DNA of 64,000 nucleotides from Felis catus. Its lineage: Eukaryota. Shown here piece by piece: positions 12,590 through 26,951 of the stretch. The notes under the pieces were generated by a model. It did no database searches. It was given only the letters and a program-made list of their open reading frames with translations, and had not been told where the DNA came from. Each line of letters begins with the position of its first letter. Position 1 is the first letter of the stretch. The stretch lies in assembly GCF_018350175.1 (NCBI RefSeq), contig NC_058368.1, forward strand, positions 206,276,001-206,340,000, given 5' to 3'. Both the position numbers and the translations under genes were made by a program.

Positions 12590-13925
12590 AAGGCCTCACT
12601 ATAAAGCTACAGTAGTCAAAGTAGTGTAGTACTCGTATAAGAACAGATATAAATAAGTAGAACATATCAGAGTCCACAAATAGGCCCACACATATATGGT
12701 AAATTGATTTTTAAAAGAGGTGCCAAGGTAATTCAACGGAGAAAGAATAGTCTTTTCAGCAAATCGTCATGGAACAATTGGACGTCCATATGCCAAAAAA
12801 ATTTTTTAAATAAAAAGAATCTCAAGCCATACCTTATACTATGAAATCAAGATGGATCATATGTAAAACCTAAAACTACCCAATACTATGGAAAAAAAAA
12901 AAAACAGAAGAAGATCTTTGTGAACTTGGGTTAGGCAAAAATTCCTTAGATATGACATAAAGAGCACAACCTACAAAACAAAAAACTGGTAAATTGGACT
13001 TCATCAAAACTAAACATTCCTGTTCTCCAAAAGAAGTAATTAAAAAATAAATAAAAAGACCAGACACGAGCTTGAAGGAAATATATGCAAAACATATATG
13101 ACAAATGACTTGTATTTAGAAGAAGTGAGTAATTAAAAAAATTAATTTCACATTTTTTAAAATGGGCAAAAGAATCAAACAGACAGTTCACCAAAGAATA
13201 ATTAAGCATGACAAATAAACACACGAAAAGATGCTCAACATCATTAGTCGTCAGGGAGATGCACATTAAAACCACAATGACCTAGCACCACATATCTACT
13301 AGAGTGGCTAAAAATGAAAAGCAAATAAATAAAAAATGATAATACCAAGTGGTAACAAATGCTTGTACATTGCTGGTGGAATTGAAAAATGGTATAGCCA
13401 TTTTGGAAAACAATCTGGCTGCTTCTTATAAAGTTACACATATACCTACCGTGCAACCCCAGCAATCTGACTCTTGAGTATTGTGTGCTAATGTGTATAG
13501 CAGGCTATTCCTGCTCTCCGAACTGAAACAACGCAAACAGCACAGCACGACTGGAGAATAGGTAAATATTTTGGTATATGCACATAATGGGATACTATTA
13601 AGTAATAAGTAGCAATAAGCTACCGACACATGACACAACCTGGATAAATCTCAAAAGGGTTATGCTAAGTGAAAGAAGCTGGATGCAAAAGTCTATATAT
13701 TGTATGATTTTCTTTGTATGGCATTCTGGGAAAGGCAAAATTATGTGACCAGAAATCAAAAGGGCATGAAGGAATTTTAGGGGGTGGTGGAGGTATTTCT
13801 ATATTTTAACAGTGGTGGTGGTTACTGTATATATATTTTTTTCAAAACTCATTGAATTCTACACCTACAAAAAGGTGAATTTTATTAAATGCCAATCATA
13901 CTTGAATGAACGTGTTTAAAAATAA
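12590..13925 (+). mobile_element. Old L1 (L1M) fragment: decayed ORF2 3' end and 3' UTR
   Basis: tataaagctacagta, aaatgggcaaaag...aacagacag, aaaagatgctcaacatcattagtc, ctaagtgaaagaagc motifs; many stops. Confidence 0.85.
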
Positions 13926-13929
13926 AAAG

Positions 13930-14400
13930 AAGGAAGGTCAGAAGACAATGGAGCAATATCTTCAAGATTCTCAAGGAAACTCTCGAAGTTAAAACCCTAT
14001 ATCCAATCAAACTACCAATGTGAGGGTAGAATAAAGGCATTTTCAAATACATAAGCTCTCAGAAAAATTTACTTCCCTGCGCCTTTTTCTTAAAGATACT
14101 GGTGGAATAGATTTCACACAAACCAGGGAAAACAGAAACAAAAACAGGCGGGAAAAAAAAAAAAAGGAAACCACTGTTTTGTATACGTGAAACAATTTAA
14201 GTCCAACACAGGACAAAGGTAAAGGGACTCTCTAGGAAGATGGTGAAGGGGGATTCTTGGGTGATAACTCTGACACATGTGTAGAAGGCAAATAAGGTAA
14301 GAAAGCTCTGTCTAGGAGAGTTGTGTTCAAGAAGATCAAACTGATAATATATATCACACATGTTTTAATGTCTTAAGAGATTTTAGGCAATTGGAATGGG
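13930..14400 (+). mobile_element. L1 ORF1 / HAL1-like remnant
   Basis: agaagacaatggagcaatatcttcaagattctcaagg...tatatccaatcaaacta resembles the ORF1 C-terminal region. Confidence 0.5.
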
Positions 14401-14499
14401 GCTGAATTGATAAGTACATAGAAAACTAAGCAAGTAAAAAACATGACAAAGCATTAATTAATACTTTCTGCATGTCATACATTACATGCATTTTATTAA

Positions 14500-14711
14500 A
14501 AAAAATTTTTTTAATATTTATTTTTGAGAGATAGACAAAGGGTGAGTGGGAGAGGGGCAGAAAGAGAGACACACACCCACAGAATCTGAAGCAGGCTCCA
14601 GGCTCTGAGCTGTCAGCACAGAGCCCGATGCAGGGCTCGAAATCACGAACTGTGAGATCATGACCTGAGCCAAAGTCGGATGCTTAACCAACTGAGCCAC
14701 ACAGTGCCCCC
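14500..14711 (-). mobile_element. Can-SINE
   Basis: Reverse body; TSD catgcatttta. Confidence 0.9.
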
Positions 14712-15039
14712 ACTCCATGCATTTTAAAGTCCTGAGAAAATATTTTAGACAATTGGTAGAGAGTTTGGGTTGAATTTATGATAATATATAGAAATCTAAC
14801 CAAGAAAAAAACATGACAAAATATTAGTTCCAGACAAAACAGTCTTCTACTAAAGGTCTGTAATCAAATAAGACATCTAGAAGATTCTCCAAGGAAGAAT
14901 TTCATAGAGTCAAGTAATCTAGAACCATTTCAGTAAAAATAAAACATGCTAGACTTAAACCAAATGCCTAACACAAACAGAATAAAATTCCCACATAAAA
15001 CCATCTTAATTTCTGAAATTAAAAGTTCTACACATTTTT

Positions 15040-15447
15040 CCTTTTTGAGAGAGAGAGAAAGCATGAGCGCGTGCAGGGGCAGAGGGAGAGGGAGAATCTT
15101 TTTTTTTTTTTTAATGTTTATTTTTGAGAGAGACAGAGTGTAAGCAGGAGGAGGGGCAGAGAGAGAGGGAGACATAGAACTCAAAGTGGGTTCTGGGTTG
15201 TCAGCACAAAGCCCAATGTGGGGGCTCAAACTCACAAACTGTGAGATCATGACCTGAGCCGATGTAGGATGCCCAACCGATTAAGTCCCCCAGGTGTCCC
15301 AAGGGAGAGAGAATCTTAAGCAGGCTCCACACCCAACACAGAGCCCAATGTTGGGCTCGATCTCAGGACTGTGAGATCATGACTCGAGCCGAAATCAAGA
15401 GTTGGATGCTAAGTCTACTAAGCCACCCAGACACCACCCAGGCGCCT
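15040..15447 (-). mobile_element. Nested Can-SINEs (one at about 15100-15300 inserted into another)
   Basis: Repeated gagaatctt junction; two reverse heads. Confidence 0.85.
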
Positions 15448-16051
15448 GGTGTCCCCTCCACACATTTTGTAATGTACTTGAATCTGTGCTTTATATAAGA
15501 AAAATAATATATATAAAGAATATGAGAATTAAATTAGTAATGCCATGTACTGATTACATATATAAGGAATAATATTCCTTACTAAAACAGGAAAAAAATC
15601 AGGTCTTGAACTCTTTTCTTTCCTTTATAATTTACTAGTTACTGAGGAAACCACCAAAGCTAAATAACAGCGTGCATCTATCTATCTACCTATCTAATCT
15701 CCTCTTGATACATTCATCATAACTTTTAGCAAAGCTGTACCATTGTAAGATTCTTTTAAAAAGTATAAAATATTTTAAATATCTGAAGAAAATATTTTAG
15801 AATGGAGACCTATCTTAGATTTTTAACCATTTTATATTTTCCTTACTTCAAAAGCATTTAAGGGTGACAGAAAAGATAGAAATAAAACTCATATGGTTAT
15901 TGCTAAGTGAAAGAAGCCAAGTTTGGAAAGACCCCTTGCTATATGATTCCAATTAGACGACATTCTGAAAAGGGCAAAATGATAGAAACAGGAAAAAGTG
16001 GACAGAGTTGAATACAGGAAGCACAAGGGATTTTTAGGGTGGTGAAAATAT

Positions 16052-16266
16052 CCTTTTTCTTGTTTTGTTTTGTTTTGTTTATTTTTGATAGAGAGAGAGA
16101 CAGAGCATGAGTAGGGGAGGGGCAGAGAAAGAGGGAGACACAGAATCTGAAGCAGGCTCCAGGCTCTGAACTGTCAGCACAGAGCCCGACACAGGGTTCA
16201 TGAACTGCAGGATCATGACCTGAGCCAAAGTCAGACACTTAACAGATTGAGCCAACCACGTACCTC
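16052..16266 (-). mobile_element. Can-SINE
   Basis: Reverse body; TSD ggtgaaaatat. Confidence 0.9.
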
Positions 16267-16391
16267 AAGTATGGTGAAAATATTCTGATACCTTAATATT
16301 GGGATACATGGCATTGAACCCAAACCCACAGAACTCTATAGCTGGAAGTGAACCTTAATGTATGCAAATTTTAAAAAGTCACTTGCAAGGT

Positions 16392-16898
16392 TGTGGTGTA
16401 AGGCCAAATATTAAGTCTCAATATTATATGTTGCCTTGACATCCGGTAATATTGAGAGGGCCTCAAATGGCCCAGCTCTAAGTTCCCCTCTCCATTCTGC
16501 TCCCATAGAGAAGTTTCTGTAACCAAACAACCCTCGTTACCAAGAGGCCAGGCATAGTTAGTGCTAATCCCTGACTAGTGGGTTCAGTTCCCTGAAAGCT
16601 TGTAGAATTATTTAAACAACTAATCACATTCTTCATAGGAACCAGGAGGCACCCCACCCTCGTGATACTATAAGGACTGCCTTCTGAAGCCACTGGTTGT
16701 TCATTCTGTTCCTGAGTGCAACCTCTGTGTGGCCCAAATGGTATGTGGTGCCCCCCTCCGCTAGGCTGTGCATACATGTGACCAATAGACTGCTGTTGAC
16801 ACATCTGTCTTGTGTTGGGTGTTGGGTGTTTGGCCATCTCCATAACCCAAAGGAGGGAATTTTTCCCTCCCCAACATGGTGCATAGGAGATTAAAACA
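16392..16898 (+). mobile_element. Solo LTR (probably ERVL class)
   Basis: TG...CA termini, about 507 bp, degenerate poly(A) signal (aataga), 5-bp TSD aaggt/aaggc; splits the L1MC sequence. Confidence 0.75.
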
Positions 16899-18882
16899 AA
16901 GGCCAGAGCATCCCAGGAAGGAATGCAAATTGTGACAACATAATCTCCTGGTATTATGCGTGTATGAAATGACCTCACTGAAGGGGTTGGAGGGAAAAGG
17001 TGCTTACCTAAGGAAATGGTGGAGTCCAGACTAGGACTTGGAAATGAAGGGAGTCTATACGACTAAAGACAAAAGGAACTGCACACAAGCACTGGACTCA
17101 AGTTGATACAGTTGTTATCCACAGGGGTAAGGTTAACAATTCTGATACTTCCATAAATATATATGCTACTCCAGCTGAGCAATTAAGTAAATGGATGTTA
17201 AGTAATGGAAGCTAGGTTCTCACTGTTGGAGCGGGAATTTATAGGTAAGCAAAGGGAAGAAGATAGGATAACCTAGGCAGTAACGAATTAGAGTTGGTTG
17301 TATGAAATCATGGTTAGCTTATTATGGAGAGGGGCAGTTCTACATATAGACTTATTTAGAGATATGGGTATATTTATTGGTTAGTATATACACATGTATT
17401 TCCTTGCTCTGTCAGCTGAGAGGTTCTAGAAGCAATGACACACCACACACCAAATCTTGTGTTCTAATACCACTTTCCAAAAAAGGTAATCAGGACACCT
17501 TGGAGAAATGGCTGATCCTAGCACTGGGGCAGGAAATATACAAGATGAGCCTGCAGCATCTTGTAGTGCCAGAAAGTAAGAAAGTAGTAAACAAAAAAAG
17601 CAATAAAGGCTACATTGATGGAGGTATGTCAAAAGGACACAGGAGCCAACTGAAAAAGCACCCACTGACCAAAGCTGGAACAATTTGAGCAATAAAATGA
17701 AGGAGTATTGGACTATAACCCAGTTATAAAATAAATATTCATGAGTCTACACTGCTATAAATAAATTATTGAATAAATGAGTGAATGAATTAATGAATGA
17801 ATGAATGGGAGACAAGAGGGAAATCTCCTGCGGAGAATTCCAAATAATTTATGTAGATAGCATACCATGAAGGAGTGGAAGCATAACTCTCCAAACCTTA
17901 AATGTGGGATGTGGTTAGTGATTTCCTTCCAAAGAATACAGAAAGGAGTACAGTATGGAAAGGAGGGAAAAGAGAGTAACTCTACAGTAGAGAAACCTGA
18001 CAAACACAACCTTTGGCAGGTAATTAAAGTCAACATCAACAATGATGAACAAATCATGTGGATAGTATGAACACTTGATATACTGTGATTAAAATGGACC
18101 ATTGTCTTTGTTCTTCCTCCCAAACCCATACCACCTTATCCTCTCTGTCCACACCAATCTCTCTGTACATTGCTCGTTTCACGTCTACATGTATCTGGAG
18201 TTTTCCCCTTTTCATAATAGTGCCTATCTCATCACTTCTTCACCAGATAACCACCAATTCTACTGTTTTATCACCACTTTGGTCTTGCTCTTTTCCAATC
18301 CATCCTCACACTGAATTCAGACTTTACAATTTTTTTCTAACAGTTAAAGTTTTCGACTCTGTAATGTATGCATAAGGTTCAAAAACAAAAAGTTAAGAAG
18401 GGTACAGAGGGAAAAGGGTGCCCCTTACACCTGACTTCTTGGTCACCCTCCTACCAAAGGTACAGATAGCCATCAATTTCTTTGGTAAAGAAAGTAATTC
18501 TAAAATGCATCTACTTCATATCTTCCGTGCCTCATTATAATGTCCAAATTGAGAAGTGCAAATGAGGTCTTTCAGGATTTACTCCTGTTTCTCTTTTGTT
18601 TCTTCTAGTAAGTCCCTCTGTACATGTAGATTTCATCCCCTGTAACTACTTTGTTCTTCTCCAAAAGCCTAAGGCTTCTTTCCATCTGTGATTTTACTTA
18701 TGCTTTCCCCCCTACCTGGGATCCCCATGCTCCCCCACACAACGCCACCCTTCTTTGAGTGTAGTGCAATATCCCTTACTATTCCCCTAACTATATTCAG
18801 GCTGAAGCCTTTGTGAACCTCCAAAGATAAAGGTTATGTATGCCTTCCCTTCATGAAACTCTTTTGAAAGGACCATATACAG

Positions 18883-19205
18883 GGGCACCTGGCTGGCTCA
18901 GTTGGTGGAGCATGCGACTCTTGACCTTGGGGTTGTGAGTTTAAGCTCTATGTTGGGTGTAGAGATTACTTAAAAATAAAATCTTTGGGGTGCCTGGGTG
19001 GCTCAGTTGGTTAAACGACTGACTCTTGATTTCAGCTCAGGTCATGATCTCACAGCCAAGAGACAGAGCCCCGCGTCAGGCTCTGCGTTGAGGGTGGAGC
19101 CTGCTTAAGATTCTCTTTCTCCCTCTCTCCCTCTGCTCCTCCCCCGTTTGCATGTGCACTTGCACGCTCTATCTCAAAATAACCCAAAAAAAACCTTTTT
19201 AAAAA
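18883..19205 (+). mobile_element. Two tandem Can-SINEs
   Basis: Heads at about 18883 and 18987. Confidence 0.88.
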
Positions 19206-19429
19206 AGAAATATATATGTGTTTTTATTACAGCACCTATCACATTGCCTTGTTGAAGGCAGTACAGTGTTCTTTGTTTTTTGAGTCCTCAGAGTTTAGCA
19301 AACTAATACCTAGTTGTTATTGAATATTAGTTACAGTGTAACTACAAGTAAACTAAGGACATATTAGGCTGCATTAATAGAAGTGCGGTCTTAGAATTTT
19401 TATTTCTGGCTATCATATTCACTTTTTAA

Positions 19430-19658
19430 TTTTTAATTTTAATTAATTTTAATGTTTGTTTGTTTATTTGTTTATTTTGAGAGAAAGAGAGAGCGTGAGC
19501 AGGGGAGGGGCAAGAGAGAGAAGACATAGACTCTGAAGCAGGATCCAGGCTCTGGGCCGGCAGCACAGAGCCCGATGTGGGGCTAGAACCCACGAACCGT
19601 GAGATCATGACCTAAGCCGAAGTCAGATGCTTAACTGACTGAGCCACCCAGGCCCCCC
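19430..19658 (-). mobile_element. Can-SINE
   Basis: Reverse body; degenerate TSD tggctatcatatt/tggccaccatatt. Confidence 0.9.
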
Positions 19659-20909
19659 TGGCCACCATATTTAGAGAAAGAGATTGACGAAGTGTAATAT
19701 CCACCTGACAGTGCATGGTTTACTAACACTGTGATGGCCTTAAGAAAAGACCAAGAGAATGCACAGCTCCCTTAGACTCTCCAAAGCGCCAAAAAGGAAA
19801 CAGTCGACAATTACTTAGCTTCCTTATACCAGAGGTTCTCCACCGTGGTGTTGGGTCATTGTGGTGTGTCTTCATCAGTGCCGAGATGTATGCAACTTGT
19901 TTGTACTAATAAAAGCTGAAGTACTGAAATCGGAAAACAATTTATTTTCCCTCCCTCTTAAACTAGTGCGGAATCAAGGTTGCTCCTGTAAAGTCACTCC
20001 TGTCCACTTATATTCCAATATACTCTGCTGAGAATAGGGGCAGAGTTACAACTGATGGGTTTGGAAACTGGGAGTGAGCCACAGTTTGCCTTATCTTCAC
20101 TTCTACCCTGTGACAATGTTGATTGAGCATGTGAATATTATCTGTCTTGGGTGGGAGAAATATAGAGAACTGTCACCCTAGACTATGAGCTCAAGGGTAG
20201 GGGCCACGATTTTCATTTTGTATTCATCCACCGTGTGGCAGTGCTTGAAGAAAGAAAGGAGGAGGGTTTGTGGATGGATCAACGGGAGAATCAAAGGAAG
20301 AGAGGGTGGAAGAAAAGGTGACAAAAAACTTTTTAAAAGGAATGAAGAGAAAAAGCAAAGGATTAAAGGAGACTTATTGTTTACTTTCTTAGAAACTTAA
20401 CTGAATTCAGTGTTTAACTCAACATAAGGAAAAAAAAAAAAACAACAACCCAGCAATAAAAGCTGCTTAAACAGAGACTATGGGAGACCAAATAAGGCGA
20501 CCTCTAAGTTCCTATTCGATTCTTTGATCTAACATGCTAGGTTTTATTTCCCCAACAATGCTTTTGAGTAAACAGTGGCATTTAATGAATATTTATTAAA
20601 TAAAATTATAATCTAAAACATTATAGCAGAAACAAACTGATTTTTCTGTTAAAAAAAAGTTTGTATTACTTTTTTAGTTGGGTTTTCATAGTTTTGTGGA
20701 GATTGACAATTGGTTTGCAAAATTCAGCTTCAGTTTGCTCCCTTGTAAGATCCTCTGTGGCTTAACCACAAAGGGCTGAGGTACTTTGTGATTTTTTTCT
20801 TTTAGGTTAAAAGAAATAACAGAATTTTGCTAGGCTGAATTCTAGACATGATGCAAATTTAAAATAATTTAAGATGATATTTCAGGGTAGGGGATTAAAG
20901 ATTTTTGGG

Positions 20910-20935
20910 GTGTGTGTGTGTGTGTGTGTGTGTGT
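20910..20935 (+). repeat. (GT)n microsatellite
   Basis: Direct reading. Confidence 0.95.
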
Positions 20936-21987
20936 TTTCCCTGAGAGAATCCAGCAAGCTATTTCTGCTTTGTAAAGATCCAAAATGTCTGAGCTGCAGA
21001 AACTCACAAGGCAAACAAGTAAAGGTGAAGAAACCAGACAGCAAAAATTACAACTGTGACCACTGCCCACCCCACAAATATGTCATAGTCAAAGACTTCC
21101 TCTTAAGTTTCTGGTCCTTCAGAATATGTACTGTCCATAAAAAATTCATCCAAGGCTAGTTGTTAACTATTCTGTGTTTATTTGATCAAAAGCTCAAGCT
21201 TTTGCTTCTTCTGCGGTGCCTCGGTTGGAACAAAGCCGTGCTTAATGCACGTTACTTTGATTTCATAAATAGCATATAAAAATCAGAGGAACCGGGTAGC
21301 TTTGGTTAGGAAGAAAAAGGATAACATTTTTAGTCTCACTTTTTTATATTATTTTCTTGAAGAGCTCAACTCTTTGCCCACTGACACTGGCCCAAATGCT
21401 ATGACTCTGCAAAATTGAGATATCTTGTTTTTTTAGACATTTGATTTTGCCCGTGTCAGCAGAATACAACTGAGTAGTGAACTGGCTTAACAATTTTAAT
21501 ATGAATAAGCATACTTTCTCTACTTCCTCTGTGATATGGCACGATCACGTCTGTATAGATAATAGAGTAAATTTTACTCGTTGCAGGTACAATACATATT
21601 TGTCGACTGATCTGGTTGATGCAACTGTAAGCCTTTTTTCAGTTCAGAGTCTACATTTTACCGACACCCGAAAAATACTAATTCCTATGTCTGTAACATC
21701 CCATTCCTGAACAAACACACGTTCACAATATTCGCAACCTAACCCCTTCCAACAGAGCTTGCTTTTGGGAAGGAAATTTCAGAAAAAGCATCCAGAAGGA
21801 GGAAAGACCAACAACGCTTCTTGAGCTGTCGAGGTGCCCAGTAACAACTTACTGGTTTAAAGTAACAACAACAACAACAAAGAGCAAGGGGAGGTGGGTG
21901 GAGAAAGGGGAAACTCCATCAAAGATGCAACTGACAACTCCCAGCGGCTTTTAGATTCCATCCGAACAGGAAAAACGACAAGGTTAG

Positions 21988-23110
<1,123 letters not shown>

Positions 23111-23526
23111 CTCCCAACTAAGCTTGCTTTGGGCTTAGCTTACGGAATTCAAAAAAGAGGGCCATCTCGTCCGGAAGGATGACTAATTTTTTTCGAAGCA
23201 GTTAATGAATGTAAACTGGTCCTGTATTTGCGATGCATGGTTTATGTTTTGAATGCAGACTCCGTGCCTTTAGTGTTTCTGATTTATCAGTTTTGCAGTC
23301 TGTGTGTGCCAAACCTGGTAGGTAGTGCAGACGTTGCCTGCAGATAGTATTTATTAGCTCATTAATGTAGTTCGTTTCCATTTATTTGCACAGGATATTT
23401 TTAACAACTTCGTGCACATCATTTGAACTTTTTTAAGGAAAGTGGAATCTCTTATCCTTGTGTTTCAACACAATATTCTGGAAATAACAAACTTGATCTC
23501 CAGCCCACCAATTCTGGCACAAAAAG

Positions 23527-23689
23527 TGTTTTTTTTTTTCTTTTTAAGTGTATTTATTTATTTTGAGGGGCAGAGAGAGAGAGACGGGGAGAGAAAGAAT
23601 CCCAAGCCGGCTCCATGCAAACCTGACATCCTGACCTGAGGTGGAATCAAGAGTGAGTCCCTTAACTGATGGAGCCACCCAGGTGCCCG
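23527..23689 (-). mobile_element. Can-SINE, internally deleted
   Basis: TSD tggcacaaaaagt. Confidence 0.85.
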
Positions 23690-24689
23690 TGGCACAAAAA
23701 GTTTAATTGCAAACCTTGTGAGACATAAGTTTTTTTTTCTTTAAAATATTTGACTTTGTTATTAGGGAGGTAGAGGAAGAAAGCATGGAACTGATAAATA
23801 TAATTCATGCATTGGCTTTGGATAGATAATAACCTGTGACTTGCATATACTGAGCTCTTGGTAAATATTTGACTTGAAAGAACAAAAAAGTTGTGAAAGT
23901 CTGTGCAGTGAATTAACTAACTGAGCCTTGCTTTACCGGAGCTAAAATAAACATTTTCTGATTTTATCTAGGGATGGAAGAGGAGAACCCTTCCTTCTCT
24001 TGCTCTTTCTGAGTCATAGAACTGGAAAATTGCTGTATAGCCCACAGGGAAGCAACTGCCTAAGTCTTCTTATGAGAATCAGCAAGGCCAACAATGTAAG
24101 AAAGTAAGAAGCAAATGCCAGAATAGGGTAACAACAGCCATCAGGGTGGGTCTGTATTAGGCCAGTAAGATGTCTCTGTGCCCTTGAAGTTATTTATTTT
24201 GGGCTATGCTATTTCTTTCTTTACTTGTTAGCAATCGCAAACTGCTTTTCCTTTTCAAGTATTTGTAAGACATGGTCATTAATGCCCCAAAATAGTCTTG
24301 ATAACCTCATTCCTCCCAGGACTCTGCTTGGATTAGGATGCTCATCATTCTAATGTAGAACTGTGCAGCGTCAGTTCTCCTTTTCTTATTTGCTAGATGG
24401 CTTTTGGCACGGCAGATAGGAAAGCAAGAGGAAATGTTCATGTTCTGGATTTGATCTGTGATGTGGCTGTAACATGAATCCCTCCAGTGAGTGCTGTTCT
24501 TTATCCTTCACTCTCTCACATGTGCCTGTCTTGAAGTACCAAATACTGTCAAAGTCAGCCTCTCCAAATTGACTAATATTGGCCAAATGTAGAAAGGCCA
24601 GTATTAGTCAAAGAATCACATGTCTCATAGATAGGGTTAAATTTGTTCATAAATATATTAGTTGATATTGGTCAAAATCTTCAGCCAGT

Positions 24690-24956
24690 GCTTTTTTCTT
24701 TTTTTTTTTTTTTTAAGAGAGAGAGCGGGCATAAATGAGTGATGGGCAGAGAAAGGAGGAGAGAGAGAGAGAGAGATAGAAAGAGAGAGAGAGAGGGAAG
24801 CAGGACTCATCCGAAGTGGACCTTGTGATTTTTTTTTTTTTTTACCCAAAGTGGGGCACCTGAAGCAGGGCTCAAGCTCACCCGTTGCAGGACTCGAACT
24901 CACGAACCATAAGATCACGATGATCTGAGCTGAAGTCACATGCTTAACTGAGCCAC
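24690..24956 (-). mobile_element. Can-SINE variant with duplicated core
   Basis: GA tract, gggctcaagctcac and ggactcgaactcacgaacc repeats, tgcttaactgagccac. Confidence 0.7.
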
Positions 24957-25125
24957 TCTCTTTCTGTGGTTCTCTCTCCAAAGCAAGGAAACCTCAGCCT
25001 ACCTCTCATGAATCTCATTGGCTCATACAGTCCCTGGGGTCGGGGATGCCAGGGGCTTGTGTTCCTAAGTAGGTACCAGCAAGGGAGATAGCATTGCTCT
25101 TGGGAGGACCGTGGCCCACTGTTAG

Positions 25126-25128
<3 letters not shown>

Positions 25129-25174
<46 letters not shown>
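25129..25174 (+). repeat. (TG)n microsatellite, about 23 units
   Basis: Direct reading. Confidence 0.97.
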
Positions 25175-25175
<1 letters not shown>

Positions 25176-25829
25176 TGGGGGCATCTTCTTATCTTCTTCT
25201 GAAGTACTTATTGGGAGACAGAATAAATACTTTACACAGAAATGGGTATTAATTGTTAGGAGAAAGAAAAGGGGGCCTAGATGCTCAGGGAGCCGGCAGA
25301 AATAACCTATGACAGTGGCGATGTTGGCAACTTTCACTAGCCTTAATTTGACAAGAATTTTTATGAATGCTACAATTAGCCATATATTTCAATGGAGATA
25401 ATTCAGAGTATATGCAGCTTTTAAAATTAGTTATACACTTTGGTAAATTTAACATAGAAAAGGAATCCAATAGAAGATGTGACACTGATATGCAGAAAAA
25501 TTCCTGATATGATATTTCATGCTTAGAGGGACTGTGAATTTGCAATGATTATTTTGTTTCTTATTACAGTCTAAAAAAGTCCTTTGGTAACTTAATGCCA
25601 ACGTTTTGAGGGAAAGGTTTAAACAGACAACTTGGGCTGGTTTGGGATTACGCTTGAATTATCTTTTTTATTTCCAAGTTCTCTTTTTTTTTCTTTCTTT
25701 TTCCTGGTTGTCAAGGTGTTAGTCTCCATTCCCGCACAGAGTCCACTCACTTTTCCCCAGGTACAACGATTATAAAAGCACAGATGAGCACAGTCATGTT
25801 ATTGTTGTAGTAAATTAAAATGGCACTTT

Positions 25830-26053
25830 TTTTTTTTTAATTTTTTTTTTCAACGTTTATTTATTTTTGGGACAGAGAGAGACAGAGCATGAACGGGGGA
25901 GAGGCAGAGAGAGAGGGAGACACAGAATTGGAAACAGGCTCCAGGCTCTGAGCCATCAGCCCAGAGCCCGACGCGGGGCTCGAACTCACAGACCGCGAGA
26001 TCGTGACCTGGCTGAAGTCGGACGCTTAACCGACTGTGCCACCCAGGCGCCCC
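25830..26053 (-). mobile_element. Young SINEC_Fc
   Basis: CpG-rich, near consensus; perfect TSD taaaatggcacttt. Confidence 0.95.
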
Positions 26054-26277
26054 TAAAATGGCACTTTCTGTTAAGTTTTCCAAGAGAAGAGAAGATGGTC
26101 TTTTTAGTGGTGTAGGTGGTCTCTAGCAAATGAGTTGTTTATATATATAATCTATTAAGTTGGTATTTTTCTACATAAAACTGCAATTTCAGGTAAATAG
26201 GCCACTGTTCCCTTTGTGAATGAATCACAGTAGAAGTTATTTAAAAATTTAAGGAGGGTGTGTCTGCTGTAACTCTT

Positions 26278-26502
26278 TTTTTAAAAAAAAAATTTTTTTT
26301 TTCGTTTATTTATTTTTGGGACAGAGAGAGACAGAGCATGAACGGGGGAGGGGCAGAGAGAGAGGGAGACACAGAATCGGAAACAGGCTCCAGGCTCCGA
26401 GCCATCAGCCCAGAGCCTGACGTGGGGCTCGAACTCACGGACCGCGAGATCGTGACCTGGCTGAAGTCGGACGCTTAACCGACTGCGCCACCCAGGCGCC
26501 CC
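26278..26502 (-). mobile_element. Young SINEC_Fc inserted into an older + strand SINE remnant
   Basis: CpG-rich; perfect TSD tgctgtaactctt. Confidence 0.95.
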
Positions 26503-26593
26503 TGCTGTAACTCTTAATCTTGGGGTCATGAGTTTAAGGCCCTACATTGGTATGGAGCTTACTAAAAAAAAAAATCTTCAAGGACAAAAGAAC

Positions 26594-26649
26594 ATATATA
26601 TATACATATATATATGTATATATATATGTGTGTGTGTGTGTGTATATAT
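26594..26649 (+). repeat. Compound (TA)n/(TG)n microsatellite
   Basis: Direct reading. Confidence 0.9.
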
Positions 26650-26734
26650 CAGCATCGGTAGATCTCAAGTTTATAAGGGTAGGCCACAAAAAACAAAGAA
26701 GTAGAAGAACATGTACAGTCATGCTGTTTATATA

Positions 26735-26951
26735 ATTTTTTTAAATTCTTTTTTGGGGGGTATTTGTTTATTTTTGAGAGAGAGCATGAGCAGAGGAGGG
26801 GCAGAGAGAGAGGGAGACACAGAATCCGAAGCAGGCTCCAGGCTCCTAGCTGTCAGCACAGAGCCTGACTTGGGGCTTGAACCCACGAACTGTGAGATCA
26901 TGACCTGAGCCTAAGTTGGACGCTCTACCGACTGAGCCATTCAGGCTCCCC
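26735..26951 (-). mobile_element. Can-SINE
   Basis: Reverse body. Confidence 0.9.

Larger units (their letters stand above)
15880..18135 (+). mobile_element. L1MC-type 3' region, interrupted by a SINE and an LTR
   Basis: ctaagtgaaagaagcca, cccaggaaggaatgca, gtcagctgagagg...ctagaagcaatgaca, tacagtagagaaacctgacaaacac motifs. Confidence 0.75.

Noticed and set aside
16478..16978. 166-aa minus-strand ORF
   Set aside because: Antisense reading across the LTR/L1MC junction; no recognisable domain.
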